NCBI GenBank assembly: GCA_050273025.1
Contig: CP158636.1
Coordinates: forward strand, 9,548,001 to 9,612,000
Reading direction: 5' to 3'
Length of the DNA stretch: 64,000 nucleotides
Source: Cenococcum geophilum
Taxonomy: Eukaryota
Shown: piece by piece, positions 51,683 through 64,000 of the stretch
Position numbering within the stretch: position 1 is the first letter of the stretch
Layout of the letters: the number at the start of each line of letters is the position of its first letter
Made by a program: the position numbers and the translations under genes
Notes under the pieces: model-generated
What the model saw: the letters and a program-made list of their open reading frames with translations, nothing else
Told to the model about the DNA's origin: nothing
Database searches by the model: none

Positions 51683-52117
51683 TGCAGAGCTTCGTGTAGA
51701 GCCTCCGTACGCAGAGCTTCACGCAGAGCTTCGCGCAGAGCCTTGTGCAGAGCCTCTGTACGTAGAGCTTCGTATAGAGCTTCGTGTAGAGCCTCCGTAT
51801 GCAGAGCTTCGCGCAGAGCCTCGTGCAGAGCTTCGTGTAGAGCCTCCGTACGCAGAGCTTCGCGCAGAGCCTCGTGCAGAGCTTCGTGCAGAGCTTCGTG
51901 CAGAGCCTCCGTACGCAGAGCCTCGCGCAGAGCCTCGTGCAGAGCCTCTGTACGTAGAGCTTCGTGCAGAGCTTCGTGCAGAGCTTCGTGCAGAGCCTCT
52001 ATGCGCAGAGCTTCGTGCAGAGCCTCTATGCGCAGAGCTTCGTGCAGAGCCTCTGTACGCAGAGCTTCGTGTAGAGCTTCGTGTAGAGCCTCGTGCAGAG
52101 CCTTGTGCAGAGCCTCT
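51683..52117. repeat. 12/15-bp minisatellite (CAGAGCYTCGTG)n, reverse complement of the 14930 array
   Basis: Same unit and same 15-bp variant as 14930-15771. Confidence 0.95.
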
Positions 52118-52279
52118 AAGTAATAAGACTATATAAGATTGTATAAGATTATATTAGATAATATATAATAGTTAAATATATAGTATACAACTTTACCTTA
52201 ATTGCATATTAAGAAATATACAGTTACCTTTTAAAGTTGCTAAGTAGGTTAACTGCGTATTATTTAACTTTTAAATATG

Positions 52280-52515
52280 TTAAGTTAGTTAATTGCGTGT
52301 TAATTGCATGTTAAGTTGGTTAAATTATATATTAAGTTGGTTAATTGCGTATTAAGTTGGTCGAATTATATATCAAGTTGGTTAATTGCGTATTAAGTTA
52401 GTCGAATTGCGTATTAAGTTGGTTAATTGCGTATTAAGTTAGTTGAATTGCGTGTTAAGTTAGTTAAATGCGTGTTAAGTTGGTTAATTGCGTGTCGAGT
52501 TGGTTAAATTGCATA
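52280..52515. repeat. 20-21-bp subterminal tandem repeat (AAGTTGGTTAATTGCGTRTT)n
   Basis: About eleven degenerate copies next to the right TIR. Confidence 0.85.
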
Positions 52516-54546
52516 TCAATTACGCGAAACGCGAAAATCAAAGTCTACTTAAATCTCATCCTGCGAATATTTTCCCAATGTTATAGTTTACAGCTACCTT
52601 TATAAAAGACTACGCTCTTTACTTCCGTATAAAGACCCCACGCTTAGTACTACCCGGTTTCCTAAAACTACTAAAACTACTAGTCCGCCTATAAACTAAT
52701 ATCTCTATTAACTATATCGTTAACCTACCTAAGTGCCTTTATAATAGCAAAACATATAAATATATCTTTATTATTATTAACCGCCTAATGAAAATAAGAC
52801 ACTTTATCCCTATCACTAGCCTAGATATAAAGGAGCTTATTAAAGCATTTATCTATACTATCTATAAGTTATATAGCGCCCTAAGTACCATTATCTCCAA
52901 TAGAGGCTCTTTATTTATTTTTTAACTTCTAGCGCCGCCTAAACTAGCGCCTAAAGGTAACTCTAAGCCCTAGTTTTATATAGTACCCTAAAATAGATAG
53001 CTAGACTAAGATTATTAACGTAGCAATAAATAAGTATCTATGCGCTTTCGTAAGCTTTACCTAAGATAACTAGGTAGATTAGCCCCCCCTTACTAAGTTT
53101 ACTATAAATAACTAGGTTAATAAAACCATAGAAATCTTACCGTTCTTTACTAACTATAGCTACAACCTACGTTTAGGTATTAAACCAGTAGGCCCCTAGC
53201 TATTAGCCCTATTTATATATATAAAGAAAGAGTACCTATAAGCTAATACTATTACTAACCGCTTTAAGCGTATCCTAACTTAGCTTAAGGCCCTAGCTTA
53301 TATCTCCTAGCAATGCTATAAAAATAACGCTAATATAAAACGGGATAAAGGTATAATATTTAAAAAGGATAATATAGTTATAGTTAGCCTTAAAAATATA
53401 AAGACTAACCGGCCTAAGAGGAAATGGGATAATAACTAGGATAGACCCTAGCCTATCTTAGCCGCCTATAAAGGGGTAGTTATAGTAGACCTCCTAGACT
53501 ATATTCGTGTTAATAAGTCTTTTTATACTTTAAAAGTCCATCTTTAGCTCCCTAAAGAGATCCCTAGCTAAGTATACATTAATAAAGAGGAACGCCGCAA
53601 TATTATAGGCAGGATAGCTAAAAGAGATAATAACGGCAATATTACGGATAAGTGGGAATTTAAAAAAAATCCTTAATGTATATAATAAATAAAGAGATAA
53701 GCACGGCTTAATATATTATATTAAGTGGAAGTATTATAATAAGAAAACCTAGGAACCCGAGAAGTCCCTAAAAGGGTACGAGCGCGTACTACTAAAGTTC
53801 TATAAACAACACCCTAAAAAGCCTAGACCCCTAGACTAGGTATAAGATAAGAGAGACTCGCTATACTAAGGCCGTGGATAATAACTACGATAATTTAGAG
53901 AAGTTAAGATCTTATAGAACTTTAACCGGCGGTTAAAGTTGTCTAATTAGTTAGGTTCTCGCTAAGAACGCCACGCCTAATTAATTTAGGTAGCGGTGTA
54001 AAGTTCTGCTGACGCCATTTATTAAACTGGCCATATAACCGCAGTTTACTATTACGTAATAGTAATCTAACGGTAATCCGACGGTAATTTACTAGTACTA
54101 TAATATTCTATTTTAAAGCTACTTATTTAGTTTAGGGACCAAACCTTCTAGGGGAGGGGAGTACTGTTATGGCACTAACCTGTCTTATACTGTTTCTTAC
54201 TATTAGCTAGCCTACCACTAGCGCTTTAGCGGCTGGCCCTACTATCTATATATAATACCCCTTTCGCCTCTTCTCCTCTTTATACCATAACGTAGTTATT
54301 TAGTCTACTTCACTGCAGTACTATAATAAAGGCTACTGTATAAAGGCCAAGAAGAGCACTTATAAGCTTTTCCTAGCTATTAATAAAATGGCCGCAAATT
54401 ATAAGGAGAAGGTAATTATTTAGAGAGGTCTAGATATCGATAAAGAGATAAATACTTATTAGTACGGACTATAGCCTCTTTTATACAATATCCTTTTACA
54501 ATAGCTATAAGTTATAGATCTTTTTACTAACTACTAAGTAGGCTAT

Positions 54547-54718
54547 TGTCGGAATGTTAGTCACGTGACGTGGTTACGAGACTATGAAGCGAGGCTAGCT
54601 AATCTAACCTTAGAGTAAACCCCTATTTCTAGACTATTAATTAACTACTAACTTTAATACCGCATACGTACCACTATAAGTAATATTTGTGTACGTTAAT
54701 AATGTAAGTATACCGATA
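54547..54718 (+). mobile_element. Solo LTR (copia-family-like) inside the hAT
   Basis: TGTCGGAATG...CCGATA (RIPped CA), TSD GCTAT, contains GTCACGTGAC. Confidence 0.85.
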
Positions 54719-55973
54719 GCTATAGTTACATAGCTATCTACTTTAGGATTAATCGATTATAGAAGAATATAGAACTCTAGCCACTTAACTATCTAAAATA
54801 GTAGGTTTTATACGATAATTAATATAATAAGGGCCTTATTAATAACTTCCTTATTTAGGACCGCTCGGAGTACTTTTAAATCTAGCTCTTCTGTCTTATT
54901 TTAAGATAACGCTTTAAGGTAAAGGTCTTTTAATTAATCCTATATTGCTTCTTTTGTATAACTAGTTTTAGGCTTAACTATAATGCTATACTTTAACGCT
55001 AAGTAGTTTTAGAAGTTAGAAGTTGACTATATAGCGTATAACTCTATATAGTATTTATAATAGAATAAAAGATAGGCTTTTTTATTTTATATAGGCTTAT
55101 TACTACCTAATAGACGGGTATGCTCCTATATTAAAAGAGCTAAGCAACCTCTTATATTTTTTAATTTAGAGGTATTAATAGATTTAAGAGCTTCTAATTT
55201 CACTTCTAAAGCTATATTTTATATAATAATAGGGGGAGAAGGGCAACTAAAAATTTATTTGGGGTATGCCAAGACTTATCGCGATAAGGATATCCATTGT
55301 ATTTTATCGCGATAAGATTTATCCAAAACAACCCTGGGAATGTCTATCACATATCGGGGGGGCTGATTTGGCGCGGTTACGACCCGGGTTACAGTCCCTC
55401 GTCAAAAGTGTCCGTCTAAGCGCATTTTTTAGACAACCCACCTTGCTAAATTACTATATAACAACCATATAATTAATTCTAAAGCTATAAAAAATATTTT
55501 AAGTTTATATTTTATATAAAACCTAGCTATTATACCCTTTTTAAAAATTTAAAATCGATAACTCCTTTAGAAATCCTATTAATTCTTTACTAGAATCTAA
55601 AATCTATAATATATATTTTCTACTACTAAATATTAAATTACTTTTTTTTAAATTTAATATCATATAGACATTTAGGTTTACTATAACTTTTTTTATTTAA
55701 ATTTTTATTTTAAAAGTGTAAAAGTTTATTATAACCCTTTGTACCCTCATTTTTTCAAATTTGTATAGGAAATTGCATTTTTTTTACTCATTTTTAAGTT
55801 TATAACCTTATAATAATTTTTTATACTTTTTAAATAAAAATTTAAGTAGAGAGAGTTTTAAGAAAAGCAAATCCCTATAAGATATAAAATTTTTAAGAAA
55901 TATTTTTAATATCTAGTAGTAGAAAATATATGCTAAATATAGTAAGTTTTAGTAGGAGGTTAGTAAAACCTAG

Positions 55974-58900
55974 TGTCGGTATCACCCAAGTGCACTTAAT
56001 TGGCCTATTAACTGTTGAATTGATTCTTGTCTAATAGGTGTCGAAAGCAAAGGATTATAAGGATCGCGGTGCCTAAACAGGGGGCTGATAAGTCACCGTA
56101 AGGGTGACTAATTAGAGACACGCTGTAACGGCGCTATCGCACGTTACCTGCCAAATTCTGCCATATTCTGCCGACCTACAATTAGCCCGCCTAAAGCTAG
56201 CGCCTTAGCGGCTTACCCTATATATTTGTTTACATCGGTCCTAGCAACCCCTTTTCCTTCTCTTTAGCTTAGTATCTTGGTAATATAGCATTCGTTTAAG
56301 CTTCGGTTTAGAGGCATTTGTTTAAGCCGTAATATTATACTAAGCTCTCCCTACCTTACCTGGGAAGGCCTTAATAATATCCCACCCCAAAGAAACTTCG
56401 TCTATAATAACGCATTAACGCGCTATACTTAGACACTAAAACAACTCTATATTGCCTAGAAAGGCCTAGATAATATCTTACCTTATAAGCCAGACAGGAC
56501 TAAACCTATACCCCTAGAATCGAAACTAAAGCGTATAATACCGACGAACCTTAGGAAGCTAACGATGGCACCTAAAGTAAGCTTATCTAAGAGAGCTGCC
56601 TTTACCTAAGAGGAACCTAAGATCTAATTGGGATCAGAAATCGAAGATAATGATAATATCATAGACATACGTGAGCAGATTCGCGCCCTCGCAGCTAGCT
56701 AGGAAGCCGATTATCTTAAAGCAAGAAATATATAAGAGACCCTATAAGAGATCCTAGAAAGCCTTACGGCCCTATAAAATAGCCTAGCTTCCCCTTTTTA
56801 AAGCCCTAGTTAACCTATTTACTTTACTAAATGCGATATACTAGGGAGTACGGATACAATAACGAAGTAATTAAAGTCCGTTAAGCTCCCTAACCCCCTA
56901 CCACTATCTGACGGGATAGACCCTACCTTTAAGAATTAGAGGATTTAAGTATAAGGAAAGCTCCGCGTTAATTATAACTATTTCCTTTCCAAAGAAGCTA
57001 AAATGCTCTACCTCTTTAGTTAAACTACTAGGGACGCCCAACGGCACCTTTAAGCTAAGTTTAAGGACGACTTCCCTATCCAATTTATATCTATTAATGA
57101 GATAATACGGCACCTAGCGGCTATCTATATTAACCTAAACAAAGTACGGGATACCTATTATAACTATAATTACCTAATAATAAAACCAAACTAACCCTTT
57201 GCTAAATTCCAGACTCAATTCCTATACCTTATAGGAGAAGGCTAGGTTCCCCTTAAGAACTACCGATTAGACCTATATAATAAGCTAACAATCCAGCTAT
57301 AAGAAAAGATTGCTGTAACCTTAGATAACCTACTAACCTACAAAAAACTTACAGCTTATTGCCTATTATTAGACTTAGAACTAAAGCGGATTAATACCCG
57401 CCCTAATTGGTAGAAGCGACTCTATAACGATTAGAACTCGCTAGCTATACCTATAGAAGCTAGAGCAGGAAGACAAGTTATAACTACTCTTATACTAAAG
57501 GCGGTTATAACTACGCACCAGCGAGCCTTACCTAACTAGCCATATACCACGCCATTAACTAGTATTCGCTATAATACTCCAATTAACCCTACCTCGGCTA
57601 TATGCTTTAACTGTAATAAGTAAGGTCACTTTGCCTTATCCTGCCTGGAGCTAAAGGATATAGGCGATATTAAGGAGATGGAGGAAGGAGAAACGTCCGA
57701 TAAGTTAGGAAAAGAAGAACCCTAGGGAAAGACTTCCCCCTAGGGTACCCTATCGATCTTAAAAAGATTAATTTTAGTTAGTTAATAGGTAGAAAGCATT
57801 TCACGGTTCTATATATAGTATCTTAAAATAGATATAAAGTTAATATAACCGCCCTTATTAACACTAGAGTAAATAGCTTCGCCTTTATAAATACTGCCTA
57901 TATAAATAATGTTGCTAAGTTTCTAAATACAGAAGCCATCTAACTAGAGAAGCCTATTTAGGTAAAGGGCTATAACGGCTAAGCCGGTTGGCCTATTACC
58001 TACATCTTAAAGTTATATATCGCTCTTAATGGATAACGCTAATATAGTATCCCCTTTTATATCCTAGACCTAGGGTCCCACGATATAATCCTTAGACGAA
58101 AATGGATGTCCTATTTTGATATTTAGTTAAATGTGCAAAAAAGACGGTTTGTCTAGCCAGAGGATAGACTAAGGTTGCCCTCCTTTATTAAGGAGATCCG
58201 AACCAACCGCAAAACACTAGCCGCAAGGGCTAACCCTACCTACTAGCAGAATATCCGGGCCCGTGATCTAGCCTTTGCCTAAGAGGACGCCCACTATAAA
58301 GCTAGAAAGAACTCCGTACTAATAAAGATACTCTCCTAAAGCGCTATATTTAAAAAGGACTCTATATACGGAAGCGGGACAGATAATGATATAGATAATA
58401 TCTAAATCGCACAGATCTAACCGTTATGGAAAAGAACGTATTAATAGGATATAAGGGATAACCTCTAAAAGATGTAACAGGAGCTAAAAGGAGTAATAAT
58501 AACGCTAGTACCCTAGAAGTCCCTAAAGTTATATACGCCCCTATTATTAGTTAACCCCCCTACCATAGACATTGCCGCAATTAGCGCTATAGTGTTTTAC
58601 TTTAATATATACCGGAAGGATAATAAGGTCTTTATAACGAGCCTATATAAGATTAACCGAATTATTAATAATAGAGAGGAAAGGCTAGATAAGGAAACCG
58701 ACGAGGAATTAGTTAAATGCCTCCTTTCTACCATTTATATAGGCTATAAGGATGCATTCTTAAAGGCGGCCTTAGATAAGTTACCCCCCTACCAAATATA
58801 CGATTATAAGATTTAATTAGAGGCCCATAACTCGCTAGGCTATAGCCCCCTCTACTATTAATTAATAGATAAGCTAAAAGTAATAAAGTAGTACTTAATT

Positions 58901-61900
58901 AATAACCTGGATAAAGGGTTTATCGAGCTAAGTTAAGCCCCTTTTGCTTCCCTTATCCTGTTTATAAAAAAGCCTAATAGAGGCCTTCGTTTTTATATCG
59001 ACTATTAAAAGCTAAACGCTATTACTTAAAAGGACCGGTATTCTATTCCTTTAATTGACGAGACCCTTGCACGTCTAAGCTAGGTAAAGATCTTTACTAA
59101 ACTTAATATCCGCTAAGCTTTCTACTAAATTAGGATAGACCCTATATCTAAAGATTTAATAACGTTCCGTACCTGCTATAGTTCCTATAAATATAAAGTT
59201 CTTCCTTTTAAACTAATAAACGGACCGGCTACGTACCAAAGGTATATAAATAACGTTCTTTTTAATTACCTTGACGAATTCTATACGGCATACCTAGATA
59301 ACATTCTTATATACTTGGACGACAAACTTAAGCATTAAGTTTATGTTAAGAAGGTCCTAGAGAGACTACGGAACGCGGGCTTATAAGTTAATATTAAGAA
59401 ATGCGAGTTTGGGGTAAAACGTATAAAATACTTCGGGTTTATTGTAACTATGGAAGGAATTAAGGTCGACCCTAAGAAGGTAAAGGCAATCTATAACTAG
59501 AAGCCCCCTTATATAGTAAAAGGAATCCAATCCTTCCTTAGTTTTTATAATTTCTACCACTAGTTTATCTATAACTATGGAATTATAGCAAAACCTCTTA
59601 TATAACTAACTAAGAAGGATACGCCTTTTATCTTTAATAATAGCTATATAGAGGCCTTTAAAGAGGTAAAGGATCGGCTTATCTCTTCCCTAATCCTTTA
59701 TTACTATAACCTGGACCTTAAATTAATGCTAGAAATAGATACCTCTAATAGGGTCATAGCGGGAATCCTATTACAGTTACATCTAGACGGCGAATAGTAC
59801 CCTATAGCTTTCTTCTTAAAGATAATAGACCCGGCTAAGTATAACTACGAAGTATACAACAAAGAAATGCTAGCTATTATTTAATTACTCTCCTAATAGC
59901 GCGCAGAGCTTAAAGGTACAAACTCTTGGATTAAGATATATACAGATTATAAAGCCCTAGAGTACTTTATAATTATAAAGCAGCTTATGGGGCAATAAGC
60001 CTAGTGGGCCAAAATACTCTCCTAATTCTTCTTTATAATTATATATCATTTTAGTAAGCAAAACTCTAAGGCTAATACCCTAACCTAAAGAGAATAAGAT
60101 GTAGGACCCTAGGATAAGCTAAAGACTTAATATTAGACGCGCGCCCTCCTCTATCTAGAACAGCTTAACCCATAGATCCTTAAGGAGCTAAACTCCTAGC
60201 AAAACGAGCTAGCACTAATGGAGGAGTCCTTAGATAAGCTAATAGGGCTAATCAACCGCCTCCTAACTATAAACCGCACGGCTAATGCCCTAAGGGCCCT
60301 CCGCGAATAAGCCGCGAAAGAAGACCCCAATTTTAAGATAAAGGAAGGATTGCTCCTATACTAGGAGCGGCTTATAGTCCTTAACGTTAATAATCTACGG
60401 ACCGAACTAATCCGCGAAGCTTATTACTAAGTCTTTACGGCATACCCTAGTAAGAATAAGACCCGTAAAATTATTAACTGCCACTACTACTAGCCAAGAA
60501 TGGTTGCGGATATTAATCGATATATATGGAACTGCGAAGACTACTAGAGAGCTATAATCCCACGGGATAAGACCCTAGGACTACTTAAGCCACTCCTAAT
60601 ACTAGAGCGCCCTTGGTAGTATATTTTTATAGACTTCTATAAACTACCTAGGGACCGTGATGGATACAATATAGTTATAGTTATAGTTAACCACTTTAGT
60701 AAACACCCGTTCTTAATTCCATGTCATAAGAACATTAATGTTAAAGAGGCAGCCTGGCTATATATCTATTACGTCTACCAAATCTATAGACTACTAGATA
60801 CTATTATATCCGATTATAGGCCGCAGTTTATATTAGCCTTCTGGAATAAGTTTACCCGGATCCTAGGCATTAAGCTAAAGCTTTCTATAGCTTATTACCC
60901 CTAGATAGATGGTTAGACAGAGATTATAAATCAGTACCTGGACCAGAGGCTTAGGCCCTTTATTAACTATTTCCAGAATAACTGGTCTGAACTACTACCC
61001 TTAATGGACTACGCGCAAATAACCCTACCCTACGACTCCATAGGGTTTGCCCCGATTTAGCTAGAAATGGGATACTTACCCTATATAAGCTTTAACTAGA
61101 AAAGGCCAGAAGAACCCTAGACTATATAAGAGAAGCTATTCTATACTAAGGCCCAACAGTATACTAAACGATTAGAGGAGGCTTAGATGGTAGCCTATAA
61201 GAACCTAGAAAAAGCTTAGAGGTTAATAGAACAGCAGGCGAATAAACACCATCGAGAGCCCGATTTTGCCCCTAGTAATATAGTCTAGGTTATAATAAGG
61301 AATTGGAGGACCGAACAACCTAGCTATAAGCTAGACTACTAGATAGCAGGACCGTATAAGGTTTTTAAAAAGATAGGCAACTTATATAAGATAAAGCTCC
61401 TAGACTTAATTAGGGTTTACCCTATCTTCTTACTAAATAAGTTACGGAAAGCTATAAATAACCTATTGCCTAGACAAAAGAACAAGCCTCCCCTACTAGT
61501 TTAAGTAAACGGTGACAACAAATAGGAGGTTAACGAAATACTGGCCTGCAAAATAGTACGGGGAGCACTAAAATACCGTGTCTAATAGAAGGGCTATAAT
61601 CCTGACCCAACCTAGTACCCTACATAGAACTTTATAAGCTACCCCTAGAAGCTTAAAGAATTTTATAACCAATACCCTAATATACCTAGACCCCTAAAGT
61701 ACCTAGACAAATGGATAGAATGCTAGTATAATAAAGATAATAAGTTACCGGAAGAATATAGGGATAAAAACGCCCCAAAGCCCTAATATAGCTATCTGCT
61801 AAATTCTGCTATTTTCTGCCGTTTTCTGCCAGTACCGTAAAATTTTAGATGTCTAGGAACTTCGACCGCCGGTTAAAGTTATCTAATTAGTCAGATCCAT

Positions 61901-62342
61901 GCCAAGACTTTTAGCGGCTACTCTTTCTGGCCTAGTGCTTCCACTTAGCCCACAATTACCCTTTGTACTTAGTTAGGACGGACTTATATCCCCTTTTATC
62001 TCCTTATCTTATATTTTTATAATCCTACATTTATAAGCCTAGTGCTACCCTATTTTTTCTAACTAAGCCTAAGGGCAGGCTTTCTTTTAAAGAGGGGGGT
62101 AATGTAACGGCGCTATCGCACGTTACCTGCCAAATTCTACTATATTCTGCCGACCTGCGATTGGCCCGCCTAAAGCTAGCGCCTTGGCGGCTCACCCTAC
62201 ATATTTGTTTACATCGGTCCTGGCGACCCCTTTTCCTTCTCTTTAGCTTAGTATCTTGGTAATACAGCATTTGTTTAAGCTTCGGTTTAGAGGCATTTGT
62301 TTAAGCCGTGACACACGCGACTACGTGATATACATTCTAACA
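55974..62342 (-). mobile_element. Single LTR of the non-autonomous family (55974-56123 plus 62319-62342), split by a gypsy insertion
   Basis: Matches the LTRs at 23661 and 20627. Flanks CCTAG/ATAAT are not a TSD. Confidence 0.85.
56124..62313 (+). mobile_element. Full-length Ty3/gypsy chromovirus, RIP-degraded
   Basis: 211-bp LTRs at 56124-56334 and 62103-62313, TSD CACGC, PPT gagggggg. Gag zinc knuckle CFNCNK.GHFA.SC (~57602), RT YLDDIL (~59291), RNase H, integrase, chromodomain (~61520-61640). Confidence 0.96.
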
Positions 62343-63975
62343 ATAATAAAGGAGTACAATATTTAGGGAATATAGGAAGGAATAAAGAAGTTTAATAAGG
62401 CTAATAACGAGGTCTATATCTCTAGACTTTATAAGGAGTTCTATAGCACTATATTTAACCCTATAAAGATGCAAATTATTAAGTTTATCTATATACTAAA
62501 TTAATTTAAGATTAATCTAGCCTCTACACCTTAAGCACTTACTAACGATGATATTAAAGAGCAACTCCTCCTAGCCCTACTAAGCGATGTTATATAGTAG
62601 AATGCGAAGACCTAGTGTCTACAAGATAAATAAGACCTTAAGAGTTGCATTACCCTTCTTCAGAAGCAAGAGACTGCTCTCCCTACATAATTACAGACTG
62701 CTGCACTTATACACGAGAGGAAAGACAAACCTAGGGGGAGATGGGGAAACTGAGGTCGAATAAGGGGCAGAGGTCGTGCTAGTAGATTTAATTATTCCTT
62801 ACGTTATAGCTTATTGTCTTAAGTCAGCAAAGAGCCAAGACGACTAGAAAGAGACGAGTATTAAGTATACTATTAAAAAGGTTATTACCAGAAAGACTGT
62901 CCCCTACTTAGACAATTTCAATTTAATAACGCCAGGAAGACAGATTAAGGTACTCCTAAGGTAGAGGAAGTAGGGAATATAGTAATAGCTAAGGAAGAAT
63001 CTAACAGCAATTTAATTTACCTTAACCTTAACCCTAAACGTGCTATACTTATAACAATATTACTAGCTTAGGCTCTCGACTTAGGAGCAACTAAGTACTT
63101 TACTAGTAACTAATCAGACCTAGCATACTTAAAGAGATAGAATATACCTTAATAGGTCCGTACTACGAATAGGATCGTTATCCCTACTATAGGCTATAGC
63201 TAAGTTTAAATCGGTAGCCTAAGGCTAAAAGACGTCTGGCTTATACCTTCATTTAAAATAATTAAGCTTAATAGAAGCAGAGATTATGGCGGCATTAAAA
63301 GGAGCAATGTTAGTAGTATAGCTTAAGAAGCTGACAAGAGATCTGGGAGAGAGAGACAACGACGACCCTTTCATCCCTACGCTCTATTACAACAATAAGA
63401 GCACGGTCAATCTATTGTACGACACGAAGCACCACTAGAAAGCCAAGCATATTAAGACTTAATACCTCTTCGTACGAAATAACATAGTTTAGTAAGGTTA
63501 ACTTAAAGTGGTATATATACTAGGTAAAGATTAACCTAGAGATATGCTTATAAAATAGCTACCAATTAACCAATTTACGAAGCACTGTGTAACGCTAGGA
63601 ATCGGTAACTGACGGAGACGGTAACGGACGGAGACGGAGCAAGTTACGGAGGTTTTTCGCCTACTAGGTTTTCCCCCCGTACGCAGGCCGAATGGCACTT
63701 GCAAGGTATTTGGGAATAGCTTTATAATTGCCTATTTAGGACAGATGAGCAGAGCGTCGTCAGCATGGGGGAGTGTCAGAATTACCTCAGCGAGCTCAGA
63801 CGCGATTTTTTAGCTAGCATCGGAATAACCTAAGCCGTCTTCCGAATTGCAAAATCACGTCTGAGTTACCTCAGCAAGCTCAGACCACATATTCGGAATA
63901 ATTTTATATCCGCTCCACGTAAAATCGAAAATGTGGTCTGAGCCACATTTCCAACGTTTCTTAGGCGCTCCGACA
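62343..63975 (+). mobile_element. Internally deleted copia element (gag-protease fused to RNase H end; probable 3' LTR 63774-63975)
   Basis: De-RIP WALDSGATKHF (~63069), then directly EAEIMAA (~63274) and KAKHIETRYLFVR (~63438). PPT gggggag precedes TGTCAGA...CCGACA. Confidence 0.8.
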
Positions 63976-64000
63976 ATACCCACAACTTTTCCAATACTCT

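Larger units (their letters stand above)
50464..52580. mobile_element. Non-autonomous CACTA/CMC-like TIR element with satellite arrays, in gypsy integrase
   Basis: 14-bp TIRs CATCGGGAAAATAT / ATATTTTCCCAATG. The 2-bp TT duplication, once removed, restores the frame (de-RIP YWWPG.SQFTATFVKDCALC). Confidence 0.88.
39167..54328 (+). mobile_element. Ty3/gypsy chromovirus, full length, RIP-degraded, with two nested insertions
   Basis: 164-bp LTRs at 39167-39330 and 54165-54328, TSD AAGGC, PPT ggggaggggagtac. De-RIP motifs: protease LIDSG (~47457), RT PFGL.NAPA and Y.DD.LI (~49100-49210), RNase H ETDAS (~49630), integrase, chromodomain (~53650-53780). Confidence 0.95.
37566..55336 (-). mobile_element. 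hAT DNA transposon (host of a nest), RIP-degraded
   Basis: 18-bp TIRs CAGGGTTGTTTTGGATAA / TTATCCAAAACAACCCTG. On -, de-RIP GKLHNI...PLDN.TRWNSW (~38700-38815) and ILSIPAMSDEPERVFSGGR (~37965-38030). No 8-bp TSD. Confidence 0.9.

Noticed and set aside
51743..52123. 126-aa RASC-repeat ORF
   Set aside because: Same minisatellite artefact, with a non-ATG start.

Overview
Repeat-dominated region of a filamentous ascomycete genome with strong RIP-type damage: TpA-rich DNA and Trp/Gln/Arg codons turned into TAG/TAA. Only two host genes look intact, an MFS transporter (10796-12668, -) and an unknown protein with a Cys cluster (about 27424-29899, -). A divergent flavin monooxygenase/cytochrome P450 pair is pseudogenised, each gene hit by a hAT element. 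The rest is nested transposons, most delimitable by LTR/TIR and TSD: several Ty1/copia elements, two Ty3/gypsy chromoviruses, an Ngaro-type tyrosine-recombinase retrotransposon with split direct repeats, three hAT elements, a piggyBac remnant, MITEs, solo LTRs and non-autonomous LTR elements. The most unusual observations are four. (1) A short cis module (GCCGCCAAGGCGCTAG...CCAAT, often with a hairpin) recurs in copia, gypsy and Ngaro termini. (2) A gypsy 3' end is embedded in a copia 3' UTR. (3) A 444-bp TRIM has a self-priming site and a tRNA-like B-box. (4) Two non-coding CACTA-like elements with different ends share one ordered multi-satellite cassette. All calls were made by eye; protein motifs in elements were read after mentally reversing RIP.
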